NCBI RefSeq assembly: GCF_018977255.1
Contig: NW_024704742.1
Coordinates: forward strand, 3,784,001 to 3,848,000
Direction: 5' to 3'
DNA from: Callorhinchus milii
Taxonomy: Eukaryota
Length of the DNA: 64,000 nucleotides
The notes below the pieces were generated by a model. It saw only the letters and a program-made list of their open reading frames with translations. It did no database searches and was not told the origin of the DNA. Made by a program: the position numbers and the translations under genes. Of the stretch, positions 14,593-27,000 are shown piece by piece (position 1 is the first letter of the stretch; each line of letters starts with the position of its first letter).

Positions 14593-15006
14593 TTAAATGC
14601 TTATCTCATACCGACCGCGCTTGATTGCAAACTGGTCTGAACTGGGACAAATTTGGATTCTGCCAAAGACATCTGAATCGATCCATTCGCAATCGGTGTG
14701 GATTTGTACTTCAGTCTCAGTGCCCATCTCCGGGAAAGAATCCTCTCCGACAGGCAACACATCCTCATACAAACCGGTCTGTGAGGCGGGGATCGTGACA
14801 ATTTGAGGGATGGTAACGTCACTTAAGTCTTCCTCGATTGCTCTCCATTCATTTTCAGCGACGGCGATTTCACAGTCCTGACTTCTCCCGTAGGCTCTAT
14901 TCCAGATTGGGTAATATAACATGTTTAGGGACTCAGACACCAATTCTCTGTGGTACTCTGTCAAGCATCTCTGTGTTTCCATGTCAGGATTAGTAGTGAA
15001 GGTCTC
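14593..15006 (-). CDS. opn4x: opn4x terminal coding exon (distal C-tail)
   Basis: Acceptor tttttttattag|, phase 0; [13 protein letters not shown]...[12 protein letters not shown]...[16 protein letters not shown] resembles the VPQIIIIP tail motif of Opn4x long isoforms. Confidence 0.8.
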   Translation of the reverse strand, partial: ETFTTNPDMETQRCLTEYHRELVSESLNMLYYPIWNRAYGRSQDCEIAVAENEWRAIEEDLSDVTIPQIVTIPASQTGLYEDVLPVGEDSFPEMGTETEVQIHTDCEWIDSDVFGRIQICPSSDQFAIKRGRYEISI

Positions 15007-18000
15007 CTAATAAAAAAAAACACACACATACAAGGTACAAATGCAGGGTTTTGTTTTCAGAGCTTAGTCTCGAGCCATTTAATTGTCGCTAAATGGATTC
15101 ATTACAGTAGAGCCCAGTTCTAATGCAGTAACTGGGGCCCATAAAATTTCAACCAGCACAATAACAGGGCACAATCACCGAGCAGGGCTTCCATATTCAC
15201 TGTGTATGCACGGCACACAGGAAGTAGTGTTGACAGTGGCCTGATAATAATAATAATAATACTCCTTGCAGTTGATATAGCTTCGCACGTTTCGCCCCCC
15301 AAAAAAATATACAGTCAATTCACTTTACAGTATATTCTGTGAAGTGCTTTGAGTCGTCTCAAAGACGTGATAAGCTGCTATATCAAATGCAAGGCTTATT
15401 ATTATTATATAGCGCCTTATTATGTCTTCGAGACGTCTCAAACCGCTTCACAAATATACGGTAAAATGAATTGACTGTATATTTTGTGGGTAAAATGCGG
15501 CAGCCAATTGCGCACAGCAGCGTCTCACAAACAGTCGTAGATTGAGTGACCAATTTATTATTATTATTATTTTTTTGAAGGAATTATTTTACCCCCGGAA
15601 AAGCGATCCCGCGAATCGACTAACAACCAGGTTCTCACTAACTGCAAGGTAATCAGAGGCGTGTGGAGTAAGAAAACTTGCGAGGCGAGTGCTCTAACCA
15701 CTGAGCTACAGGTCTCCCTTTTGGCTTGCCATGTGCTAGCCGGCATTTTGCAACTTCAAAGGAGCCAGCACACATATCTTAGATTTTGTGGGGTAAGTAA
15801 ATATCGAGGTCCACAGCCCAATTGTGCTACAAGTGAACCAACGTACATTATAAAGAAGTGCATTCTTCTGGGATTCTAATGGGACTCTTCTCTTTTAACT
15901 GCAGCGACCGAATCTCTGTACGTCTACTGTAATGTGGATCAGATCTTACTTGGAGATCCCCAATTAGCTCATTTGGATAAAAGCATTGCCTTTCGTGAAA
16001 CACTTACACAGGTGGCTAACACATACCTGTCGCTGATGCTGGCAAATGCTTTGTTCCGTGTTTACGATGGAAAACCCCACTACAAATTAGTATGCAAAGT
16101 TCTCTCGCGTTTGAGCAAATCAGCTCATCCATGGCAAGAGTCAAGGTCACTATAAATTGCCCCAGACTTAGAGTCCCATAAGCGGGAGGAATGGGTTCAA
16201 TTCCCAGGGGGTGGGAGGTGAAACCTTAGGTAAGTTTCCTTACTCCACACGCCTCGGTTTACCTACAGTAAGAAGGAACCCGGTTGTTAATCGATTGGCG
16301 GATCGCTTTTCAGGGGTAATCATCCCCCCTAAAACAACACGCAAACTTTGGTCACTCATTCCACGACTCTTTGTGGGACACAACTGTGCGCAATTGGCTG
16401 CTTCGTTTCGCCCACAAAACACACAGTAAACTCACTTTACAAAGCACTTTGAGACATTTGAATGATGTGATAAGGCGCTGTGTCAAATGCAAAGATTATT
16501 ATTATTAATATGAGTCAGCGTCTACAGGGGAGGAAAGTGGAGATTGCAGAGGGCCAATTTCTCATCTGCATGAACAATTCCAGCAAAGCTCATTTATCTT
16601 TCAAGAAATTGCTAGTTTTGAGCTTTGCAACATGAAGCAGAATGAGAAAGCACATATTGGGATAAAAATCCCACTCAGCATTACGCGTCATGCCTTTGGT
16701 AATGTTCAACGATAATTGAAACCAATTAGTGTTTGGCATTGACAACGGTGACGTCTGCAACACTGAATGGAATTTTTACCCCATAGTTTGCAAATATGAA
16801 CAGGTTAATAAATAGGAACTTGTGTTAGGAAATATTAAAGCTTATAAATGTTACTGAAACCGTGCAACGCTTAAAAAACGGGTTTGGTGCATCAATTGCA
16901 AGATCTGGCTTGCGATGGTGGCCAGCGTTTCTCTTTGGGACGCTCGAGAGGGTTTTGTATCTCAACATTGCGAATCGCAGACTAGAATTTGCCGTTATCA
17001 CGGTTTCCATTTTGTGAATATCGCATCTTACGCCCCAATTATTGAAGTCTTTATCTCGTTCAGAAATAAGAACAAAGTCACTTTTACAGTGAAAAAAACC
17101 TTTTTACAACGTGCTGGTCTGTGTCCAATACCTCAAGCCCCAAATTGATATCAGCCTGGCTCATTTGGTAGGACTCTCACCTCTGAGTCAGAGAGTTGTG
17201 GGTTCAAGCCCCATGATGGGACTTTCAACTCAGGCTGATACTCTAATGCAGGGCTAGGGATGAGTGCGTCCTTGGAGCTGCCATCCTTCAGACGAGGCAT
17301 TAAACTGCCTGTTCAGGTGGACATTAAAGATCCCATGGAACAATTGCATTGAGAAGAGAGTTTCTCCCGCTGTCCTGGTCACCAATCCAGCAAATAAAAT
17401 TGGTCATTCATTTTGTTGGACATTAAGTGCGCAAACTGATTGCCGTGTTCACCAACAAATACAGTCACTAAATTTTAGAGTAAAGCCTACAGTAAGTACA
17501 GTCATTACAATTTAGAGTGAAACACTTTGAGACGTCCCCTTGACGTGAAAGGCAAACGGACTGATTATTACTTATCATTCTAACCGTTACCGTTCCTGAT
17601 GAACAAACTGTGGAAACATCGTAAAGATGTCAGCAAAAAGAGGAAAAATGTCATCGCGGAGGACAGCTTTTTAAATCAATTTGTTTTGCACTCCTGTAAA
17701 GAGTTTGGTGCGCTAAATTGATTTACTATATAGCTCGTTGCCTTTCAATCGAGAAGTTGCGACTTAAGATAAAATTGCCGCCAGCTGGCAACTACAGCAG
17801 TCAGCCATTTCTCAGAAATAAATTCTGCTGTGCAATTCAGCCATTTGAAACATAATTCTTGAAGGGTTTCAATCTAGTAATAAGTGTGCGATGTTTTCTT
17901 ATTCGTAGTCGGACAAAAGTCAGTGTGTTTTGTGCAACTCTTACTCTCGAGGCTTTCTTATATCAAACTATGGCAGAACTGACCTTACCTGACCCGGCCT

Positions 18001-21000
18001 GACCTGAGCGTCGTTGGTTTTGATACTGTTCCAAAGGCTCGTTTCTTGAATAAACTCCTGATAACTCATCACTCCAAGGGAAGAGGGCTCAGTGATGAGT
18101 TATCAGGAGTGGCGAGTTAGGCGTATGTATAAAATACATAAATAAATGCGGCCCGGATATAGACAGCAAGGTGATTTAAGTCAGCACGGTCCAAACAACC
18201 GACGGATGATTTTGTGGGGCCAGCAAACCACTTCCAACCTCACTGCTTTACCTCTCTTCTGGTCTGTCTCCATGAGAAGGGTGGGGGGGAGATTTCCTTC
18301 CGTATTCCTCCCCGTCATGTTTCATGCTGACCAGGCCCTCGTGCAACCTGGTGAGATGCAGCGAGCAGCAGTCAGAAGTACTTTGCAATTCTAAAACTAC
18401 AGAACTTATGAGTCTCAGTCGGAATCGCAAGGTGGATATGGAGACGAGAGGATTTCATTGCAAGTGGGAAGTGGATTACTGGTTTATTGAAACTGAGTGA
18501 TGGAAAACCCCAGTGACTTGTTTCCATATCTGTCTTGAAGGATTCCAGAGTTAATTTTGTAATTGTGGATTGGTTTTGTTGAGCATTCTCTATCGGAGCC
18601 TCCATCTGCTGAGTTGATATCTTGTGTTTCGACTTTAATACATTAAAAAATTTGATGCAGATATTTCCATTTGAGATGATCATTATGAAGTAATGCTCAG
18701 GTCCAAATCCCTGACTGTCCAGCACCTTGGGGCGTCCTCCCAACATGGAAGGCGCTGTACAAGTGTTATTTTGTATTGTAACACAGTCACACAATTTAAA
18801 ACATAGGATTTCTGTATGTTTTATGTTCCCGGAAGGGAAAAACTAAAATATTGCTACTTTAATAATAATTAATAACTTAATTAATAATCAAACGGACGTT
18901 TCTCAAACGTGGCATCTGGCCCAAAAGGTTGGACCACCTGATTTAAGTGATAATGACAAGTTTAAGACAGGGTCGAATTATCAGTAGTTTACTGTATTTA
19001 CTGAAGAAAACAATTAACCAAACTACTTTGGTGGACGCAGTCCTACAATATACAAAAATGACAGTGTTCTGTGCAGACTCAGCATTGATGTTAGATCCCT
19101 TTCAAGAGTTAATAGCTTGAAAAGTGGACTTAGTAGGAATAAATGGTCAGTGACAGCTCGGAACACATTGATCAGAGGCAGTACAGATGGAATAGAATTA
19201 CTATTGTGCCAATGCAGATTCAGTTTGTGAAGGCTAAAAAGGCACAATCAGGTTTAGATTGTTAGGATTAAAGGAACAGACAAATCCATTGTACGACTGC
19301 CAATTCAGTCATTCCATTCTCAATGTTTCCTAGCAATCCTGTTTTGCAGCTGCTTCAGTACTCTCTGTGACGTATTCTTCTGTCTGTACTTAACATAACA
19401 TAAGAAATGCTGGACAATTCGCCTTCCACCTTCCTGGCGGTCGTATGTGCATATGTCCCAAACTACCTATGTACTACATCCCACAATGTTACCTCCTAAA
19501 AGAAAACTATCTAATCTGTGTTTGAAAGTTCAATGCACGTAATTATTACTACTGTACTCGTCAGCATTTACTTGTCAGCAAATGATGAAGAGCCCACAGC
19601 ACAGAGGAAGTTGAATGTTGATTATAAATACCAAGGCACAAATGCGAACTTTCTGGTACATTTGAGGTAGTAACACGTTGAAGCATTAACATGTTGCAAA
19701 CACGTTGTGGTGGACTTGAATCTGCCCTCTGCAATTATACTGGGAAAACACGCTGTCTCCCTGTATCTAACCAATCCATATTACTTTAAAGCTGTTTTTT
19801 TTAAAATCGACTTTCTTCAATGAAAAATGTGTGCTCGGAACTCAGAAAGATGATTCCCCCAGGTATCCGATTACACAGTGGAAAAAGCCAGTACCAAATA
19901 AGGACAATTTCTAATATAAGTGATACTTTTTCTCAAGAAAACGCACTGTAATATTGGTGTGTGGGTTTGCAGTAATTCACCCTAGGATTTGTTATATTAG
20001 AATTCCGGGTAACTCTTGGCAATCAGCTCCAGTTCCTGAGTAACATCCTCTGGTTACTAAATAAACAGGCCCCCTTTTTTTTATATGAAGGAATACGACA
20101 AATTTGACACCGTTAAAAGGTGTGCTTCACAATACCGGGAAGCTTTCATTGACTGAGTTCCTGGTACGGATGACAAATGTACATTGGAATATTGGCATTG
20201 TCCGGCCGCTGGGGAGTTTTTGAGAAGCAGGAAGTTATTGATTCTAAGTTACTGTTTTATTTGTTACACAAATTCATTTTATTTATTCACTGGTAATAAT
20301 CACATGTGTGGAAGCGTCAACTTAGACTATATGAGTTCCAAGTCCCGACGTGCGACTTGAACCGACAACGGAGGTCAGAGGAACGACCAACTGAGCCAGA
20401 CTGACTACTTCACTCCTTCCAATGCTGCAACACCCTTCCCGTGGTATGTGGCAATCAGAATTGCACACAGTACTCCAAATGTGCTCTAGCCACGGTTTTA
20501 CGTAAATGTAACATCTCTTTCCGTTTTTATTCTAAGGTCGTGCATGACAACCTTCTCACTTAGCGGCAAGATTGCTACCAATTGAGCCAGGCTGACAACC
20601 TAAACGGGATAAATCTGGAGAGCTGCAGGTACAGGCGCTGTTGTTCCTCACTGTGGGTGCCCTCTACATGTGAGTTTACCTGACCTGTTCTTCGGCCTAA
20701 TATTCAAATGTGTTTGTTCACCCACTACGGATGGCACTGACTGTTTGTTCCATTACACCCCTGTGCCCACCACACTATCCACATCTACTCCACAAAACCA
20801 TCACTAAAAACAAACACAAAAATCAACCAACGCACAAATTAGATCTTATTTTACATTTTTATGTAAACTGCAATATTTCTCCTTTTTCTATGTGAATTCA
20901 TTTCTGGATATTCTCCATTTCATTTTTTTTTAGATCCAGCGCATCCGAAATGCTACCCCATGTGTAATAGTAATAATAATAATAATAATAATCCTTGCAT

Positions 21001-24000
21001 TTGATATCGCTTCTTATCACATGGTCGAGACGTCTCAAATGGCTTCACAGGATATAGTGTAAAGTGGATTGACAGCCAGTTTTCCCAAAGCGATGTCTCA
21101 CAAACAGCCACAGAGCGAGTGACTAATTTTATTTGGGGGATAGTTGGCCAGGACACAAGGAGAAACTTGTCTTTTTAAATAATGCCATAGGAGTGTTAGC
21201 ACCCACCTGAATAGGCAAATGAGACCTCTATTTATCTCATACAAAAGATGGTGCCTCCTACAATGCAAAACATCTTCAGCACTGCATCATAGCGTCAGCT
21301 TAAGACTATGATTCCAAGTTTGCTTTAGAAAGCAAGTCTATTTACATATACATTGTTTATTAACAATCCAAGCCCATGCCTTGCCCTTGATACGCCCACA
21401 AATATACAGTCAATTCACTTTACAGTGTGTTCTGTGAAGCGCTTTGGGACGTCCTCCTGACGTGAAAAGCGCTATATCAAATGCAAGGATTATTATTATT
21501 ATTATTATTAAGTCCTAATGTAGGGTTTGGAACCCACAAGCTTCTGACTCAGAGGTGAGAGTGAGCCAGGCTGACACACACTGTTAGAGAAGGAGGGATG
21601 AGCAAGTCCGACTCAGACCTTTTCTCAAAACTCGTAACGCATGTTGTTCAGAGAGTACGCTGCTTGGTGGCCGAACAAAGAACTTAGGAAACCTTTCGCA
21701 AATGAGGCAGGTGGAACTTTAGTGAAAGACAACTCTGGGTCGAAAATTCTGGGCTGCCCAATGGGGTAGTTGGTCCTGCTGGGCTGTATCACTTGTAAAT
21801 TGTAGTTGAAATAAATCTAATTTCTGCCGAGAGTATAAGAAGGTGCAAAGGTGCTTACATTTTCTCCACTAGACATAACCTTGGGTTTCAAACCCAAAGA
21901 CTGGCGAGTGATGACCAATGTTCTTTCTGAGGAATCACTGATAGAACCCAACATTAAATCCTTCCTCCGTATGCACGACAGACAGCAGAGGCAGAGGCAC
22001 GGGATGCTTTTAGCAAGAGCTCTCCTGTAGAGACAAAATTAATATAGGAATAAAGCACAGATCATTTGGTGAGCTAGTACAGTCAGATATATTATTTTAT
22101 AACTGAAACTCCCATGAGAGAAGCTCATTTATACATTCATCACATATAAGGTTGAGTATACAGGAGGTAGTCAGAACAGTTTTGAATATATCATATTGTT
22201 TCTCTGTGGAGTGTTATATGTAGAACACTCTGCCGTTACAATAAGGGATGCTGCATTGAGTAATTCCCTCCAATGAAAACATCCCCCACAGCTTCACTCA
22301 ACGTTATTCATAACAATAATAATCCTTGCATTTGACAATCCTCATCGGATCATATCACAGAGTTTTATTCTTCTTATTAATAATAATAATTAATAATAAT
22401 AATAGCCATGTGATCTCCCTATGGTCGATGTTGATGTGCTGAAATCAGGCAAATTTATATTTGATACCCGAGAAATCTCTTCGCTTAGCTCCCGTTTGTG
22501 ACTGCATTTGAGTTCAGTCTTGTCAGGCTGAGTTGCGAGGGTGGGGTGAAGCGGATCAGTTTCAGTGCATAGCCTTGTTCGGTTCACAACATACAACAAC
22601 AACAACTTGCCATTATATTAGCACCCTTCACACAGAGTAGCGTCCTAGACCGCTTATTGGGTCCGAGTGTTGGGTGGGGAATTGGGTGTTTTCGGCATCT
22701 TGACTCATAAATACAGTCAATTCACTTTCCAGTGATAAAATCTGAAAATGCATTTTTAAGTAAAAGCTCAAAGGTATTAGGAGCTCTTTATTCAAGTTTC
22801 TTTTCCATTCATTTTCTATCCTGTGATTCTACCCAATCAAATCTTTCTACCCATTTATTCCGCAGTAATCAATAACCCGAATAAAACACTTAACTCAATT
22901 ACTTTCATTTTTCTAACATTCATCCTCCATTTGAAAAGGGGAAGTACTTTTGTATAAATTTATAATAATAATAATCCTTGCATTCGATATAGCATCTCAT
23001 CGCGTCTTTAAGACATCTCAAAGGGCTTCACGGAATATACTGTAAAGTGAATTGACTGTATATTTCGTGGGCGAAAGCAGCCACAAAATTTGATTTTCAT
23101 TGGCTGAAGATGACCTTTGAAAGTTATGTTTTTTTCACTTAAGTTAAAGCCCGAACACTGGAGATGAACACTATCATGTATTGTACAGTATTTGGTGTAG
23201 CCATGTCAATCCATAACATTTGAATAGGCATCCAACACAAACAGAGGCAAACTGGTCATCTTCTTTGATACCAGAATATAAGAAGAACCAAGACAGGGGA
23301 AATTAAAAACAAAAGTACCCTTGGGCAAAGGAGAGTTCAATGAATACACTTACTTGTCCTTGACCACGGAATGATAAACAGTGCGAAAGATGAACTTGAC
23401 TGAAAAGCTCCAAAGTCTACGCTCTCTTGATTTCAAAGAATATCGCAAAACCTTTTTACTTGTGTCTACATGTCGCAAATTCATATCCACCCAATCACTG
23501 AGTTGAAATGCTCCGTGAATTCACAAGGTTACTAATTTCACTTAAAAGGGTAATGACAAAGCATCAGTACGCACGCACACATGCGGAGAACAGAGTTTCC
23601 CCTCCAAAGAGTGAACATCTGTCTCAGGAATGTGTTGCACAAAGCACCTACAGCACGATGGGAATCCGGTACTCACTCACCTGTAGTTGGGGTGAATTAT
23701 TGCGTAGATGACGGGATTGTAGATGGCAGAAGCTTTTGCTAATACGGCAGGAACGGTTTTCGAATAGGGAGTCAGGATATCGCCATGCCTGAGCAAAGGA
23801 CCAAAAAGTGTGAATAAGATATAAATGAAGACAGTTGTCAGTTCAAAAATGAAGCAAGCTGTGAGGATCAAACCGAGATGATGAGGGTGGACAAGGAAGG
23901 CCAACACATGCAAATTTATTTAGGTAAATTCAGAGTTAATGGGATAAAACTCTGCTGGCTGTCAGCACAAATGAGGAATTGAACACATGTAGTTCAAAGC

Positions 24001-27000
24001 TAATTTTGATAAGATTAATTAAAAATGTGTCAGCATTGACTGTTCCCAGATTTTGGTATCTCATTTTAATGAAATCACATTGAACTCTCTCTTCCAGCAC
24101 TGACGTCAACGCAGAGCCAGGATGAAATCTGAAATCTGAAGCCAGCAGTTGTGACTACCGCATCAAAGACAAATAAAGAGGCGATGGATAAAACTCGTGC
24201 GCTTTCCCAAGAGTTTTCATTTATATCCAGCTGTCTGCTGATCTAATACTTTATCTTGTGAATTATTGAATGGGGTAACTGAGATTTCAGTTGTTTTCAA
24301 TCACTGTACATGAGTCTGACATCGATTGATCTAAAGATTCAGCAGATCATAGTCACCCTTCAAACAGCATAAGGCATCCCATTCTCCTGCCAACCTTATT
24401 TTAACTAAATGAAATTCCTGTTCGATACCAAACACTGGTTGTTTTTTTTTTGCACCGGTTTGTGAGTGACCAAAGCCACATCAGGCAGGAAACCTTGCAG
24501 ATCTTAGAGAGCGAGAGAGGTGGCATTCATGGCAGAAAGAATAGTATAATGTAAAAGACATGAATAACAAATAATTTCATTGCCCACTGTTCAGTTACGC
24601 TTTAGAGACTTGTGTGACAGTGTACTGGTTGGGGTTTTCATCGCTGCTCTCCACACTGCCACAAGTTCCCGCCCACGGCTATGGGATCAGGGAGAGAAGA
24701 GGTGTCTGGACTTAAGTCATATTTTCTAGGGGTCCTCACAACCAGACGCTAGGAGGGTCGATGGAGGTGGAACTAATTCAGTGGAGCGGAAACCTTTACT
24801 AAGGTCACAGCTTTTAGGTCTATGGTATCTTGGTTGTAGGATTCACAGTACGTTCTGCAGTCTATTCTAATCACCTCACTCTATCTCCTGTGGTTTGAAT
24901 CTCTCTTCGTTCCAGTCTGTACTTGTTTTTCGATATTTTTTCAGAGAAAGCTCATATTAGTGATAAGTGTAGGAAGTGGGTTAAATGTCAGCGATCATTC
25001 AATTAGCCAGCTTTCTACTCTACTGTATGCAGGCGAGATGGGGGGTGGGGGAGAGGGGGGGGTGGGTGGAGGAATGAACCGATTGGCGTCAGACTTCTGT
25101 TACCATCTTTAATCTGTATCTCAACAACGTCACTGTTTTTTCAACCAGAAGAAAGCAAACGACAAAAAACAAGAGAGCGTGCACAGCGATTGGTGATTCA
25201 TATCAGATGCCAAACTATAATGATATATAATAATCCTATTAAATGTAAAATAGATATTATATATCTTTGTTACATCAAATGCAAGGATAATTATATGTGT
25301 TATTATATAATCCTTGCATTTTATATAGACATGTCAAAGCGCTTCACAGAATATACTGCAAAGTGGATTGGCTGTATGTTTTGTGGGCGAAATGCAGTAG
25401 TCAATTGTGTACAGCAGTGTCCCACAGACTGTCATGGATTGAGGGACCTAATTATTATTATTTGAAGGGACTATTACTCCCAGAAAGCGATCTGCTAATC
25501 AACTAACAACCGGGTTCCTACATACAGCTAGGTAAACAGAGGCATGTGGAGTAAGGAGACCTGCCTAATGTTTCGCCCTCCCCGGGAATTGAATCCGGGT
25601 CCTCTTGCTTGCGAGGCGAGTGCTCTAACCAATACGCCACAGGATTCCACTATAATCTCAATGATGGCAGGTCAGAAAAAGACTTACTAACAGTCTCATA
25701 GGTATAGGTATGTGAGCTCAGTTGAAACCTGGAAAAAATAGTCACTGCACGTGATACTATGGATTGTAAGTGCTTTGACATTCCAGGTGCAATAAGTAAT
25801 TATTTCGTCGAGGTAAGAGCCAAGCGAGAGAACAAATTCTTTCTCATTGAGTCTGTCCGCAGAGAAATAGTAGAGAATCTTGGTGAGACTCCATCAAATT
25901 GCCCCAGGACTGCCTTTGTTAAATCCATTACTTATGAATTAATACCTTTGGGCTGCATTTTGGACATGGAGTACTGAATAGAGTTCTCACACTGCAACAT
26001 AAGCGCTTAAAGGCAATGCAGAGGAGAGCAACAAGGAGGGTCCCTCGTGCAAGAGGAATGAACCACGAGCAACGATTAGACAACTTCATTTCCAAACTTG
26101 ATTTAGCACAGGATGAGGTGTATATGAAGTAGAGTTACTTACCCTGCCCATCCAACTAATGTCACACATGCATAAGGGAACCACGAGAGCACAAACACGA
26201 CAATCGCCACAAATGCAATTTTGGCCAATTTCCATTCAACCTTTACTGTTTGTTGATGGGCTTCATACGCTTTTCTTCTGCAGCCTCCCATCTTCTCAAT
26301 ATCCCTAAGAGCAAAATATTAGCTCAATTCGACAAGTCCAACTTCAAAAAACAAACTTCAAGAAAAATAATACAGAGAATAATGATGGAATAATGGCTAA
26401 ATACAGCAATTGATTTGTTACATCTTAAGGCAGATAACTAGGCATTAGTTTGCTACACAGTTGTATACAGTGTACACATCAAATACTGTCCAAAAGAGAT
26501 CTAAATCTGATTTATGGGAGAAAATCTCAATTTTCATGTGTTGTTTTAAGGCAGAACTGTCTTTATATCACCTTAATACACCATTCCTCCATCATTCATG
26601 CTTTGGACATCTCTAGCCTTGTTTTTTCTAATCCTCATTGGATTTCCTAGTTCCATAAGCTCCAAACTCTGCAGCCCATATCCTTTCCCACACCAGACTT
26701 CACATGCCTGTCACAACCATCATCGCTGTATTCCACCGGCTCCACATTATATCAGATAAAACAACTAGTCATTCATCTCATGGCGATTTGTGGGACATTG
26801 TTGTGCAAATTGGCTGCCTATAAATACACAGTCACTACGCTTTGGAGAAAAAACTGTGCGTCATGTATTGGAGAAAGAAATATATCAAAAGCAAGGAATG
26901 GTATTTATTTCCCAGTGGATTGACTTCAAAATCCTCATTCTGGTTTTCTAATGCCTTAATAATGCCTGGCATCTTTCACAGTGGTTGTTAGTTACATAAC

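Noticed and set aside
18091..18200. C/D-box snoRNA suggested by GTGATGA
   Set aside because: No CTGA D box at a suitable distance on either strand and no terminal stem.
20680..20803. Exon-like segment with a strong acceptor and a donor in the last opn4x intron
   Set aside because: Stops in all three frames; at most it would end the protein immediately, and there is no supporting evidence.
23354..23500. SDWVDMNL... open stretch ending at a gtaagt donor, resembling a melanopsin tail exon
   Set aside because: It lies before the helix-8 exon (wrong order) and the similarity is weak.
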